A stretch of 63,809 nucleotides of DNA, filler included, from Octopus bimaculoides (lineage: Eukaryota): assembly GCF_001194135.2 (NCBI RefSeq). It is 7 parts of 7 records of this genome, joined end to end, with 100 filler letters (N's around TTAATTAATTAA, not from the genome) between each part and the next. Parts side by side here need not be neighbours in the genome. Positions count along the whole stretch, not along the records: positions 37,519 to 53,565 come from NC_068990.1; positions 53,666 to 57,905 come from NC_068983.1; 5 more parts are not named here. One strand, written 5' to 3'. The first letter of the stretch is position 1; every line of letters begins with the position of its first letter. The notes below the pieces were generated by a model. That model was not told the origin of the DNA, did not search any database, and worked only from the letters and a program-made list of their open reading frames with translations. Shown here one piece after another: positions 39,554 through 54,303 of the stretch. The position numbers and the translations under genes are program-made.

Positions 39554-40664
39554 AAACGGAACAACAGATGGCACTACGAGATGATTAGGCTAGATGCCTT
39601 CTTTTTGTCTGATCCGGCTCCTGGTGCCCCAATAGTAACTACACACTTGACCAGCTCTTCATTGGCCGAAATCGATCGTCTTTTCCTTAGTGAAACATTA
39701 CTAGCTTAAAGAGAGGAATCTTTGCATATGTGGGCAACTGTATCTTCAAAAATTCTTCTCTAAGTCTGCGAATACATATGCAGATGCATGGTTAAATTTT
39801 ACCGATGCGATGGAGACACTAGTAATTGCATGTACGTGTATATGTACGTATGTAGAGAAAGAAAGAGAGGCAGGCATACAGAGAAGAGAGTGAAAGAGAT
39901 GAAATTATTCATATTTGACATAAAAAAAGGTAGATAGATGCTTAAAGGAATGTATGAGCAATTTCAATGTTCAAGTAAGTGAGACGGCGATGGTGTAGAT
40001 AGAAAGAGATAGATGAAAGAAAGCGCAAAGGAAATCATCGAGCGAGAAATGTAATGTTTAACAAAGTGAATCTTATATATATATATATATATATACATAT
40101 ATACGTATATATATNNNNNNNNNNNNNNNNNNNNNNNNNNNNNNNNNNNNNNNNNNNNNNNNNNNNNNNNNNNNNNNNNNNNNNNNNNNNNNNNNNNNNN
40201 NNNNNNNNNNNNNNNNNNNNNNNNNNNNNNNNNNNNNNNNNNNNNNNNNNNNNNNNNNNNNNNNNNNNNNNNNNNNNNNNNNNNNNNNNNNNNNNNNNNN
40301 NNNNNNNNNNNNNNNNNNNNNNNNNNNNNNNNNNNNNNNNNNNNNNNNNNNNNNNNNNNNNNNNNNNNNNNNNNNNNNNNNNNNNNNNNNNNNNNNNNNN
40401 NNNNNNNNNNNNNNNNNNNNNNNNNNNNNNNNNNNNNNNNNNNNNNNNNNNNNNNNNNNNNNNNNNNNNNNNNNNNNNNNNNNNNNNNNNNNNNNNNNNN
40501 NNNNNNNNNNNNNNNNNNNNNNNNNNNNNNNNNNNNNNNNNNNNNNNNNNNNCAAGCACAAACACACACAGATAGAGAGAAAGAGAGAGACGGGGAGAAA
40601 AGCAGTTGCAGGAAGGGGATGCGTTGTGAGTTGAAGGTAACAAGATGATTCAAATTCGAAAGAT

Positions 40665-40666
40665 AG

Positions 40667-40714
<48 letters not shown>

Positions 40715-41150
40715 GTGCAGTGGTGGTGTTCGTAGTGGTAGTGGTAGTGGGTGATAGTGGCGATGTTGAAAATGGTGGTTCTGCTGGTGAATGTCAACTT
40801 AATGCTAGTGATGGTGGTGAAAAGGTTTAGTGATGCTCCGGCTTGGAGGCTGATGATGGCAACGACGCTGCTAGACAATCGTGGTGGTTTTGTTGGTGCT
40901 GGTGTCAGCATTTACTATTGGCAGTGAATATATTGGTAGTATAGGTTGCAGTGGTGGAAACGGCAACAATGGTGATGGTGGGGGATGTTGATATTGTTTT
41001 TGGTGGTAGAAGTGGTAGAGGCAAAGTGAACGTTGTTATTGATGTCATTGGTGGTGCTGTTGTTGTTGTTGTTGTTGTTGGAGTTGTTGTTATTATTGTT
41101 GTTGTTGTTGTTGTTGTTGTAGTGGTTGGTGGTGGTGGTGGCGATTTTAA
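40665..41150. repeat. Degenerate (GAT)/(GGT)/(GTT) trinucleotide arrays
   Basis: Direct reading. Confidence 0.9.
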
Positions 41151-41282
41151 AGATAGCTGTGTTCGTGGTATGTAGAGTGCAAAAAAAAAAACAATTAAAA
41201 ATGTAAAAAAAAAAGAAAAATAACGAAAGAGAAAAACTGAACGGAGAGTGGAATGCATGAGTGCGTGTGTATGTAAATATAT

Positions 41283-41329
<47 letters not shown>

Positions 41330-41999
41330 TATATAAATTATGGCTGTATAATTTATATATATGTATATAAGTGTATATATACACACAGAGACAGTGAGAA
41401 AATGGATATATGTATATACATATATAGACACGTATTTATATGTATATATAGATGTTTACATATATATATATATATATGTGTGAGTGTGTGTATATTTATA
41501 TGTGTATATATGTATGTGTGCTTGTATATATATGTGTGTATATATTTATATGTATGCATGTATGTATGCATGCTCACACTCAGTGGGAGAGGGTGTGAGA
41601 AACAGAGAAATACGAATGGATTGACGAACGGGCAGACGGACGGACGGACGGACGGACGGACAGACAGACAGACAGGCAGACGAGGGAGTAGGGTAGGAAT
41701 GAGGGAGCTAGAGAAAAACTCTGGGTTTGGGGTTGAAGACTGGTAAGGTGTTAGTGATTCATTACTGATGAGAATACTAATAAGTCATACAGCAGTTACA
41801 GTGGCTGCAGCTGAAGACTGATGTAGTAAAATGTTATAGCACTAAAGCAGCATTAGTAAGAACAACAACAACAACAATGGCAGCAACAACTACAACAACT
41901 ACTACAGTACAGTAATTGCAGACACAAATAGCAACAGCAACAGCAGCAAACAACTAATGCTACCTTAATGGTAGCACCAGTATTTATTTATTCTAACAG

Positions 42000-42068
42000 A
42001 TCACTACATTCTTCAGCGGCGGCACAGATACTACCGCCACATCCGCTTGCCTGCAGCGCTCGTTCTTT
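42000..42068 (+). CDS. Candidate 69-nt exon
   Basis: GC-rich island among microsatellites; TTTATTCTAACAG acceptor, GTGAGC donor; all three frames open. Confidence 0.3.
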
Positions 42069-42109
42069 GTGAGCTGACCCAAACCATCTCGCCACGAATT
42101 AGTAGTAAA

Positions 42110-43070
<961 letters not shown>

Positions 43071-43149
43071 GAATAATAATAATGATAATGATAAAAATAA
43101 TAAGCTCACTGAATAGAACGTGAGAAAGTAAAACTGAATGAAGTTGGGA

Positions 43150-45520
43150 GACAATATGAGTAGAAGAGCTAAGATGTGTTCTCAGAAAATTTCACAAATG
43201 GACAACTCCAGGACTGGACCGGATCCTTAACTTCTGGCTGAACTGTTTGACAGAAGTACACCAACATTTTGCTGCATCCCTAACTGATGTTATCCAGAAC
43301 CCAGAGCAAGTACTTGGCTGGCCAAACGAAGTAACAACATACCTTCTACCAAAAACTGAAGACACGAATGATCCAAGGGACAGCCGACCAATAACATCTA
43401 TCAACACCACCTACAAGATCCTTACATTGATACTAACTGAAAGAATGAACAATTTCCTTGAACAGAACTCTATCCTTCCACAAGCTCATAGAGGTTGTAA
43501 AAGGAATTCTTATGGATGATGCAAAGACCAATTACTTTTAAATAAAATTATTGTAGAACCTGAATATGACATGGATAGACTACAGGAAAGCGCGTGATAG
43601 TGTCCCACATAATTGGCTGCTCAGGGTCCTTGAGATATATAAGATCTCTCCTGCCGTCTCCAAATTCTTAGAAGGTAGCATGACCAAACAGAATACATGT
43701 CACCTTCTACCCCATAGTAATGGGAATAGCCAATCTAACAGCATCAACATCAAATGAGGGATCTTTCAAGGTGACTCCCTCTCCCCATTACTCTTTTGCG
43801 TGGCACTGATCCCACTCTCAAACGAACTGAGTAGCACCAGGTATAGGTTTAAAGTGTATGATACTTGTTGAACGTGTAAACAACAAATACCGATTAACGA
43901 AGAGGTTAAATCAATATACTTCTCTAATATGGAGGAGTTCCACCGTAAGGTGACCAAAGAGACCTCACGTATTCAGGGCCCCTTAGCACTAATGGCTCTC
44001 AGGAAAGCACCCTCTCTTCTCCCTTACATTCAGCCTTCAGGTGCACACATCCGGCCTATAGGCGCCCATTCACGCGGGCTATTCTTGCCACATTCACCCA
44101 CCTTCCAATGAACTTATTGGGTGACAGTACCTTCCTCTCCATCCTCACTTAACTCTTCAGGTGGAATCTGAAAAAGTCAATGAGGCCTTGGCCAAAGAGG
44201 ATGGAACCCGTCTTCAACCCTTTCAATCGCGTCCACCACACAACCTCTTTTGCCATAGCCACTAGACAGAGAAAAATTGCCCTCCCTTTACGGAGGCGGG
44301 GATCTACACAATGGACTCGGACGATGGCCGGATCCGTCCTGCACTTGACAATAACTGTTCGACAAATCTTCACAAGTCAGCAATGCGTGGACACTGTACG
44401 AGAGCATGCAGAACGGTTTCATCAGGATAGTGATGATAATGAACAAGAATTTGCATCCTAAAAGCAATAGATTGTATGTGTCTAGAAACTGGGGAAGAAA
44501 AGGGCTCATAGAATGCAAGATCTGTGTTATCAATGAGAAAAACGGTCTTGGATGGTACGTCAAACAGCAGATTGATCCTTTGTTTGTCGCTGTTAGAAAT
44601 AACTGCACAATACCTAGTGAAAGTGTGACACACAAAAGAATTTAAGTAACAAGATTGAAAGCAAATATTCAACAATTGGAAAGTGAAAGCAATGCATAGG
44701 CAATGCCTCAAATAAATCGAAGGTAAAGTCAATCCAGTACCCGGAGGTGGCAAAGGAAAAGTGATCTGAAAGGATGCACTGAGGCATTAATATACAGGGC
44801 TTAGGAACAAGCTTTGAGAATTAGTTACGCCAAATTCCAAATAGATAAGAGCATTGAATTGCCCCTTCGTTGGATGTGTGGCATCAAAAATGAAACAGTC
44901 TCACATATTGTGAGTGAATGTAGCAAACTGATTCGTAAAGGAATACAAAAAGAATCTTAATAACATGTTATTTAGAGATTGTATGAGAAGTACGGTCTTG
45001 AAAGGATATTGAAATGGTAGAAGCATAAACCAGATGGTGCTGCCGAGAATAAAGAGTTTAATATCTTGTGGGATTTTACAACCCATTGTAATTCAAAGAT
45101 TGATGCTCGGGTACTAGATATTGTTGTAGCTCAAAAAATGATGAAGGAAAGCTAGTTCTAGATGATGTGGGTGATAAAGAACTAGAAAAGATTGAGAAGT
45201 ATTAGTCACTAAAAGATGAGATTACACGTATGTGAGCAATAAAGAAAGTAGCTGCCATCCCAATAGTTGTAGAGGTATTTGGAGCATTAACAACCAGATT
45301 TGAAAAATTTGTTGGAGAAATTGGGATTGACATAAAAGTAGAACATGTTTAGAAATCTGCTTTACTAGAGACAGCGAGGATTTTGTGATTGATACTTAGA
45401 TGTTAAGCATCGCTGAAAAGATCCTGTAAGACGTTTGACAACAGCTTGTCTGCTCTTACAGAATTAGCCAGAGCAAATGAAATGGAGAACTCTGAGAAAT
45501 GAAATGTACAATAATAGTAA
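43150..45520 (+). pseudogene. Degenerate R4/Dong-like LINE (RT, CCHC, RLE), interrupted
   Basis: RPITSINTTYKILT; WIDYRKA.DSVPH.WL; GIFQGDSLSPLLF; HPKS..RLYV.R..G.KGL; ETVSHIVSEC; multiple stops/frameshifts. Confidence 0.9.
43870..44435 (-). mobile_element. Tx1/L1-like 3' fragment nested antisense in the R4/Dong-like element
   Basis: DETVLHALVQCPRIADL...FLCLVAMAKEVVWWTRLKGL...FFRFHLK...RWVNVAR. Confidence 0.8.
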
Positions 45521-47705
45521 TGAAGATGTTGATGATGATGATTTCTTTGTTGTTTAGGCTCAGGTCGCCCTTGGAGGAGTAGACCTATGATAAAAGTTTT
45601 CAGCAGTGGACCAACCCGCTTTTTCTCGTATTTTTTCGAGATTACATTACCCCGTATGTACACAGACAATAAAGTGTGATTTGAAGGAGGTTTGTCAGCT
45701 ATTTCTATTAAATTGTGTAACCACAAAGATGATCTTATTTGTTGTTTAATCTCAGATTAAATCTGATCGAATAGACAGAACAAAGGCATTCCAGCTTTGA
45801 CCATATTGTCCACTACTAAAATATCTAATGTATCTTTATCGTTTCAAAAATTGAGGTGCTTTTTGATCGGAGGGAAATTTATTTGCTATTTCTTGCAAGT
45901 CGAGCGGTGAAAATTAGCCGTGGCCGTAATTCTGATTTCCAATTTTGGAACAAATTCAGCCATTTCGACTCCAGTATTTAACTGGTATTTATTTTATCAA
46001 CCCCGAAACGGATGAAAGGCAAAGTCGACCACGACGCAATTTGAATTCAAAAAGTGAAGAGGCGCGAAATACTGCCAAGCATTTTGCTCGGTGTGGAAGG
46101 GTTCCATCAGCTCACCGCCTTCGGTCGTGGCTGTAATGTTAATGTGGGGTTAAAATGTTTCAACATTTGCATATTGAATTAAAGAAGGAAATTAATCACT
46201 TTAGTCATTGGCTTGCTCGAATCAACGAAATTAACTCCTCACCCATCGTCCGTTCTCTATTATTTTTTTATTTTCCCATTTATATTTATGCTGTTAAATG
46301 TTACATGGTTTCCATACTAAACATCAAGAAAATATGAAAGGCAAAATCTAAAAATAAATATAAATTAATACCAATCAATATATTCTACAGCAAAATGTTC
46401 TTTCCATCGAAATGATTAGGCAGGGGGTGTATAAAATAAATTAGTTCTTTGTAAATGTAAGCCAAATGTATTGTTTGTAAGAATAACTAAAAATAAACAC
46501 AGCTACTCCATTATAACTACAGGAACTTCAGTAATTAAGTTCTGTAAGTAAAACATGGCTTGTTAAGATTTTACAACTATTGGTAGTGCTTCCCAAAATA
46601 ACTTAAAAACCTAGCTTAGAATAATATAATACGTTGCCGGATACATATGCAACGAATTTGATCTCACTGTTAGATTGTAATAACTCACAAATTTGTAATT
46701 CCTGATGTAGTTACATATATCCATACATACATGCATACAATATTTTCTATATTGACGCAGTATAACTGTGTGGCGAGGAAGTTCGTTCTGCAACAGTTTG
46801 ATTTCGGGTACGAGACCCCTGCACGGCAACTAGTCAGGGGCGTTCCACCGTAGCTTCAGACCAATTTCTTTTATGTGAGTTACTGCGCGTAAAGTAGAAA
46901 CCATTCTAAAATATGGGATTCAAATCAGAGTTAGACATCGTAATTTAATGTAATGTATTGTATATGAGTATTGAGCGTGTGCTAGAGAGAAAGAGAGTGT
47001 GAATGTGTGTGCATATGTGTGTATGTATTTGCTCGAATTTCCGTGTGAATATGGAAATTATATAAAATATATTTAATAAAAAGATATTTACTCTCGTAGC
47101 AAAAATACAACCTGTAGACAAACCATTTCATTTCAGTGTTTGAATTATTTGTAAATAATGTATTGCTGGTACAAAGGACGAAATTTAATAAAATATGTAA
47201 TAAAACAGCGTGGTTATGAATAAACGAGTATGGGGGAAAAAAATTCTCATACGTTGTTTTATAAGTATAGGAGATTTATGCATACTGTCAAAATATAACA
47301 TGTGAGTAAAACATGAGAACTTCGAAAGCTAAAAGAGAAGAAACGGCCGATTAGATATGCCTTCTTAAAACTTATCAGTGATCGCATATTCACCTCTTCA
47401 CTGCTGTTGTGAAAAAGAAAGATATCTTGTAGAATACATGAATTAGTACTGATATAATTTACATGATTTATACTTATATAAACAATGGCGGGGAACTAGC
47501 AGAATTGTTCTCACGCGGGACAGAATGCTCAGCAGCATTTCGTCCAGCATGCAAACAATTCTCGTCTTTACGTTCAGATTTGATTTCAAATTTTGTTGAA
47601 GTCGACTTTACTTTTAATTCTTTCGGATTCGATGAGATAAGTACCAGTGGAGTACTGGAATCAATGTTATCGAGTGACCTCCTTGTGCCTACGCTAGAAA
47701 GGATA

Positions 47706-47880
47706 TGAGTGGCTGCGTGATAAGTAGCTTACTTAACAACCACATGGTTCTGGGTTCAGTCCCACTGCGTGGCACCTTTGGCAAGTGTCTTCTACTATAG
47801 CCTCGGGCCGACCAAAGCCTTGTGAGTGGATTTGGTAGACGGAAACTGAAAGAAGCTCGTCGTATATGTATATATATATG
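47706..47880 (+). mobile_element. SINE family B, 5' half ending at microsatellite/gap
   Basis: Very similar to the inverse of 54962-55133. Confidence 0.9.
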
Positions 47881-48199
47881 TGTGTGTGTGTGTGTGAGTG
47901 NNNNNNNNNNNNNNNNNNNNNNNNNNNNNNNNNNNNNNNNNNNNNNNNNNNNNNNNNNNNNNNNNNNNNNNNNNNNNNNNNNNNNNNNNNNNNNNNNNNN
48001 NNNNNNNNNNNNNNNNNNNNNNNNNNNNNNNNNNNNNNNNNNNNNNNNNNNNNNNNNNNNNNNNNNNNNNNNNNNNNNNNNNNNNNNNNNNNNNNNNNNN
48101 NNNNNNNNNNNNNNNNNNNNNNNNNNNNNNNNNNNNNNNNNNNNNNNNNNNNNNNNNNNNNNNNNNNNNNNNNNNGTAAATGCGCCTGGATTCAATAAC

Positions 48200-48238
<39 letters not shown>

Positions 48239-49017
48239 ACACACACACATACACACACACACACACACACATATTCACTATAGAATAATAATCTTAGTAT
48301 TAGAATAAAGTTTGATACGTTCAAGTCACAGCGCTGTATGTCGATTGTTAATTCAATATCAACAGAGGAAAGTGGTTTGAGTATAACATAAACAGTCTTT
48401 TAAATGTAGCTTTTTACTATCTTATACATCTAGCACCGTATCTCAGTGAACTGGGATAGATTTTTAATACTAAAATTTGTACTTCCTATTTCATTTTAGT
48501 CTACTTCCTGACCTGTATTTAGAATATCGAAGTGGTGTATATATATTAATTAAAGAGATATAAATGCATTTATTGAGAAATATGTATACGCAGACATATA
48601 TGATGTGCATATATATATATGTGTGTGTTTGTCTGTGTGTTTGTTGTGTGTATTTGCATATATAAATATTTATATTTATATGTGTTGTATGTGTATGTGT
48701 ATGCATGTGTGTGTGTGTGCACGTGTGTGTGCGTGTGTGTGTACATCGGTTATATATGTGTGTGCGTGTTTACGCTAGCACAGGTGTGTCTGCGCATATG
48801 TGTAACGATCACATCATAAAGTATAAATATGTGTGGTTTGCTTTATATGCACTATCAGCAGCAGCATGAGCAGCATCGGCAACAACTGCAGCAGCAGCGG
48901 TGGCGGCGGTAGTAGTAGTAGTTGTTGTAAAGTGACTGTGTAGACACGATGTTTCTAATATAGTTTTCAATTCTTTTGCTAAACGAAAGAAATTGTGGTC
49001 ACTACCATGTATGATGC

Positions 49018-49083
<66 letters not shown>

Positions 49084-49280
49084 TTCTACATGAATGAGGA
49101 ATCAACGTATGAACTTCTTCATAATCTTTCGTGAAGCTTGCCAGATACAAGCTGATTCTTCTAAATCATACTCTACATTCAAATATAAATAAGGAGCCGC
49201 GTACACAATGTATTCCGAGAAAATCCTTAAATAAAAGAAATGAAAGGGAAATTTGAGCGGGCCGCCACACGTTTCTTTAG

Positions 49281-49361
49281 ATATCTCCTGGAAAAAGATT
49301 GAGCTGAATCCGCACAAGATCGTGAGAATGCATAGACCTGCATATATTACTGCTAAAGGAG
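49281..49361 (+). CDS. Candidate 81-nt phase 1-1 exon
   Basis: GTTTCTTTAG acceptor, G|GTGAGA donor; only one open frame ISWKKIELNPHKIVRMHRPAYITAKG. Confidence 0.33.
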
Positions 49362-50741
49362 GTGAGACTCAACCAAGCATTTGTACTCATTCTTGCATAT
49401 ACTCTAACATGATAATGATAACATATATGTGAATGCATACATGCATATACATATATAGGTGTGTGTGTGAGTGACCGTATATTTATTTATATATGTGTGT
49501 GTGTGTGTGAATGATTTTCTCTCTATGTATATTTGACGAGCATGTGAACCTAGCCCAGATGCGTTTTTTCCTAGCCCTCTTCTTTTTTTATCATGTTTCC
49601 TGTCTTCCTCAGTTTCAGGACTTTTCTTTAGTTTCTGACGAAAGACTTTGTCCGAAGCGTTATACAGTCATTCTATACTATTTTCTTATGTGAGCCTCAA
49701 CCGAATAATGTTAACTCTGTACGTATCTTGGACTTTATTGGCTTTTGCATTTGCTTTGCTATATTGTGTGAGTGTATATGTGTGTATATATAAGTATGTA
49801 TCCGCATGTCAGTTGGGTGGATAATGTCAAAGAGGTGTTGTGTGAGTCTCCTTGAACTTAGAATGTGCAGGCATTGTTATGTTAATGCTGGTCATAATTG
49901 TCTACGAGTTGACAGCCATCATGTGTATAAAAGAATGCTCAGGAAACCAAAACCAAAGAAGAAGTCAAATCAAGTAAACAGGGAATATGCTTACAATGTG
50001 ATTTTAAGCTGTAAGGAGGAATGAATAGATAGTTCAGCTTTTCGTTCAATGTTCCTGCCACAGAGAGGGATGCGTAGCATTGGACTTTACAACTATATTA
50101 CTTTATATTGACATTAATTTTAGTGTTTGAGTGTAATACAGTAACTAGCATGGTCACAGTTAAGATGACTGAAACAAATAAAAGAATATATCTATCTATC
50201 TNNNNNNNNNNNNNNNNNNNNNNNNNNNNNNNNNNNNNNNNNNNNNNNNNNNNNNNNNNNNNNNNNNNNNNNNNNNNNNNNNNNNNNNNNNNNNNNNNNN
50301 NNNNNNNNNNNNNNNNNNNNNNNNNNNNNNNNNNNNNNNNNNNNNNNNNNNNNNNNNNNNNNNNNNNNNNNNNNNNNNNNNNNNNNNNNNNNNNNNNNNN
50401 NNNNNNNNNNNNNNNNNNNNNNNNNNNNNNNNNNNNNNNNNNNNNNNNNNNNNNNNNNNNNNNNNNNNNNNNNNNNNNNNNNNNNNNNNNNNNNNNNNNN
50501 NNNNNNNNNNNNNNNNNNNNNNNNNNNNNNNNNNNNNNNNNNNNNNNNNNNNNNNNNNNNNNNNNNNNNNNNNNNNNNNNNNNNNNNNNNNNNNNNNNNN
50601 NNNNNNNNNNNNNNNNNNNNNNNNNNNNNNNNNNNNNNNNNNNNNNNNNNNNNNNNNNNNNNNNNNNNNNNNNNNNNNNNNNNNNNNNNNNNNNNNNNNN
50701 NNNNNNNNNNNNNNNNNNNNNNNNNNNNNNNNNNNNNNNNN

Positions 50742-50804
<63 letters not shown>

Positions 50805-51600
50805 ACATATAGATATGCACGTAGACATACTCACACTCATATGTATGCATGTGTTTGTCAAGGGATCGATATTAAAGAAGATACATATAAATGTGAGGGG
50901 CTTAACGCCACTGATTGACAAGTAAGTGTTAATGGCTGCCGTATATTACGAACGTAATTGCTTATTTGGTTGGCAAAATTTTTTTTCATTTTTCATTACA
51001 GAGCAATGTAAATAATGACTTACCTTCAATATTGCTGTTACGGTTCTTCCAGTGCAAGTTCACCGTTACATTTCGTGTTGAAGATGAACAATAGCTTCAA
51101 CTCGGTTTGACCTGATATTTGAAACTCCTGGGGAGAAAATGTCCTGGAGGATTGTGCTTCAGGCTAGTCTAGTTTGAGCAATTTGCATTTCATTCAGAAT
51201 GGTTCCCCGTTGAAAAAAGTTGCTCCATCGTAACAATCTCTCTTCAGTCGTATATAACGTCATAAACTTCCATCATTAACTATGTTGACATTTATACTAA
51301 ATTGAAAAGGAAAGCGCCTAAACGTGGTTACGCGACATTACAGAAATAGCAGCTACATGTCAGTGAATATGTTACATCTTGGAGAGTGTAAATTATATGT
51401 AGCAATATGTGAGGATCGAGTCATACCTGAATCACTCTTCATTTTATGTTCGATCACTTTTAGTTGATCTCGAGCTACGAGAATATGACAGCAAGAGAAT
51501 CTACGTGGTCCTTGAATCTGTTAGAAATTGCAGCGAAATAACTCTCAAAGCAGCTGTTTAGTATATTGAAAGAAAAAAAGTGTATACTGAAGTGTATACG

Positions 51601-51672
<72 letters not shown>

Positions 51673-51694
51673 NNNNNNNNNNNNNNNNNNNNNN

Positions 51695-51746
<52 letters not shown>

Positions 51747-52544
51747 ATGTATGTATACATATATACATAGATACATACATACGTATATATAGAGTTATAG
51801 TCAATATTTAACTTGACTCACATCTCTTTCTCAAAAGGATAAAAATATGTATCTCCTACATTCTATTCTTCTGCTATATCCTTTTTCAAGCTCATTGTAA
51901 ATTTTGTTTATACTTCCTGCACTGAAGAGTACATTGACGTATATAATTAAAATAATTAATTTAATCTAATTCAGTTCAATCAGGAATCTGGATTATTTTT
52001 ATATCTCTGTACGAAACGATCGCCTGCATGAATTAAAATTCTCATATATTTTAACAACTTGTCTTCTCCATTTTAAACTAAATTGATGAGTTTTATGGGA
52101 CTTCTTTCCATAAATTCACCACACATCATATACAAGTATTACTTTCATATTCGCAAATTTACGCCTGTAAACTACCAGCATTATATATGAAGAATCAACA
52201 TTTCAAATCTGTTTTGGAAACATCCAAATTAAAAGATGAATCTACATTCAAATTTTTACACCTATACATACATACATACATACATACATACATACAGCGT
52301 TCAGCACTTCATCTCGTTATGGCTTAACAGCCCTTACCATTTGTTTTCACTGTCCTGTGTTTGTTACCAACTTTGACCCTCAGCAATCACAAATTTTATT
52401 TAATTTGCCTTGCAGGAGCAACTGTTTTGAAGAAGACGCATCTTGTCCTAGTGCTCGAAATGCAGAGTAGATAAAACAGTCGACAATTGATAAAAGGATT
52501 GTTCTTTATGTTGCCTATCTTTTTTTTTTCTATTTGTTTCTTTC

Positions 52545-52688
52545 GTTGTTCGCAAACAAAAGTTCGTTTACCATGTTGCTGTAATTCATGTTCCCGTTTT
52601 TCATGCTGTGTACGTCTTTTGACGTCCTATACCCATATATGCATGCGTATATACACATATATGTAAGTATGTACATGTATGTATGTAT

Positions 52689-52726
<38 letters not shown>

Positions 52727-52740
52727 GTGTATATATATAT

Positions 52741-52771
<31 letters not shown>

Positions 52772-53240
52772 ATTTACATTATTACATGATTGAACGCCAC
52801 GCATCCATTCCCAGTTTTATCTTAATAATTCTGATGCGACACTATTCTATCTCTATCTCTCTTTGTCTCTCTCTTCCTCTCTATGTTCTTTTCATATTCC
52901 TTTTATCTCCCCCCACCTTTTTTATCGCATTCTTTCTCTAATTCTTTTACTCCCACTTTCCCCATTCTCTATCGGTTCCTCTCTCTTCCTCATTGACTCT
53001 CCCGTTGCTCGAATGTGACCAGCGGTCATCTATTTTTTTTTCTTCTCCTTCCGCTATGGGGATAGCACGTATTTTTGTCTGTCTCCTGTCAAAGCTTATT
53101 TCTCGCAAAAAAGTTTGTTTTCCATGTTGTTGTAAATTAATGTTCCCGTTTTTCACGTTGTTTCCGTTTTTTGACGTCCTGTACCCATATATTCACGTGT
53201 ATATATACATATATGTAAGTATGTACATGTATGTATATAT
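52545..53240. repeat. Two diverged copies of an interspersed repeat (52545-52690, 53103-53240); related segment 58555-58620
   Basis: Shared TTT.CCATGTTG.TGTAA.T.ATGTTCCCGTTTTTCA....TTTGACGTCCT.TACCCATATAT. Confidence 0.75.
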
Positions 53241-53264
53241 TCATGTATATTTATTATTTACATT

Positions 53265-53295
<31 letters not shown>

Positions 53296-53380
53296 GTATA
53301 AGAGCACACACATATATATAGGAGAGTATTGTAGTTCGCTTGAAGCATTTTGTATTGTTTGTAAAGAATAAAATGTTTTG

Positions 53381-53564
53381 AATGGCACAACAATGCACTG
53401 TAATACAAACAATGGACTATATACCTGTTGTAATTTAGTCATCCATAGTCTGATGATATTTCTGAAGAAGGAATTTTATTCCGAAATATCATCAGACTAT
53501 GGATGACTAAATTACAACAGGTATATAGGCCATTGTTCGTATTATAGTGCATTGTTGTGCCATT
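53381..53564. repeat. Near-perfect hairpin: 82-bp arms, 20-nt loop
   Basis: 53381-53462 is the reverse complement of 53483-53564 with three mismatches. Confidence 0.92.
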
Positions 53565-53665
53565 GNNNNNNNNNNNNNNNNNNNNNNNNNNNNNNNNNNN
53601 NNNNNNNNNTTAATTAATTAANNNNNNNNNNNNNNNNNNNNNNNNNNNNNNNNNNNNNNNNNNNN

Positions 53666-53700
<35 letters not shown>

Positions 53701-54055
53701 ATGTATATACACGCGTATATACGTGTATGCGTGTATACGCGTGTTGCGCGTGTGTATGTATGCATTTATAGGATTGCAAGCGGGTAGAGATGAATATATG
53801 TGATTCTAGGTATAGATATTTTATATAAGCACGGATTTATATATGAGTATGTGTGGATATTGATCTATTTACAGATACCTGCCTCTGCATGTGTAAGTGT
53901 ATATGAGTGTATGCGTGTATATATGTATGTGTAATTAGTGTGTATATACGGGAATGCATGTAACATACATGAGTTTTGTATGCACATGTATGTATTGATA
54001 TGTATGAATGTCTGTATACATGTTTAATATATGCATGTGTATACTTCGCCACATA

Positions 54056-54267
54056 CTCTTACTCTTTTACTCTTTTACTTGTTTCAGTCATTTGACTGCG
54101 GCCATGCTGGAGCACCGCCTTTAGTCGAGCAAATCGACCCCGGGACTTATTCTTTGTAAGCCTAGTACTTATTCTATCGGTCTCTTTTGCCGAACCGCTA
54201 AGTGACGGGGACATAAACACACCAGCATCGTTTGTCAAGCAATGCTAGGGGGACAAACACAGACACA

Positions 54268-54303
<36 letters not shown>

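Noticed and set aside
42000-42068. Resemblance to Cys-loop receptor pre-M1 (RR..YY..P) or P450 I-helix (GGTDTTAT)
   Set aside because: Spacing and hydrophobicity do not fit and no companion exons were found; too short to assign
51002-51296. Strong splice-like sites on both strands
   Set aside because: Every frame between them contains stops
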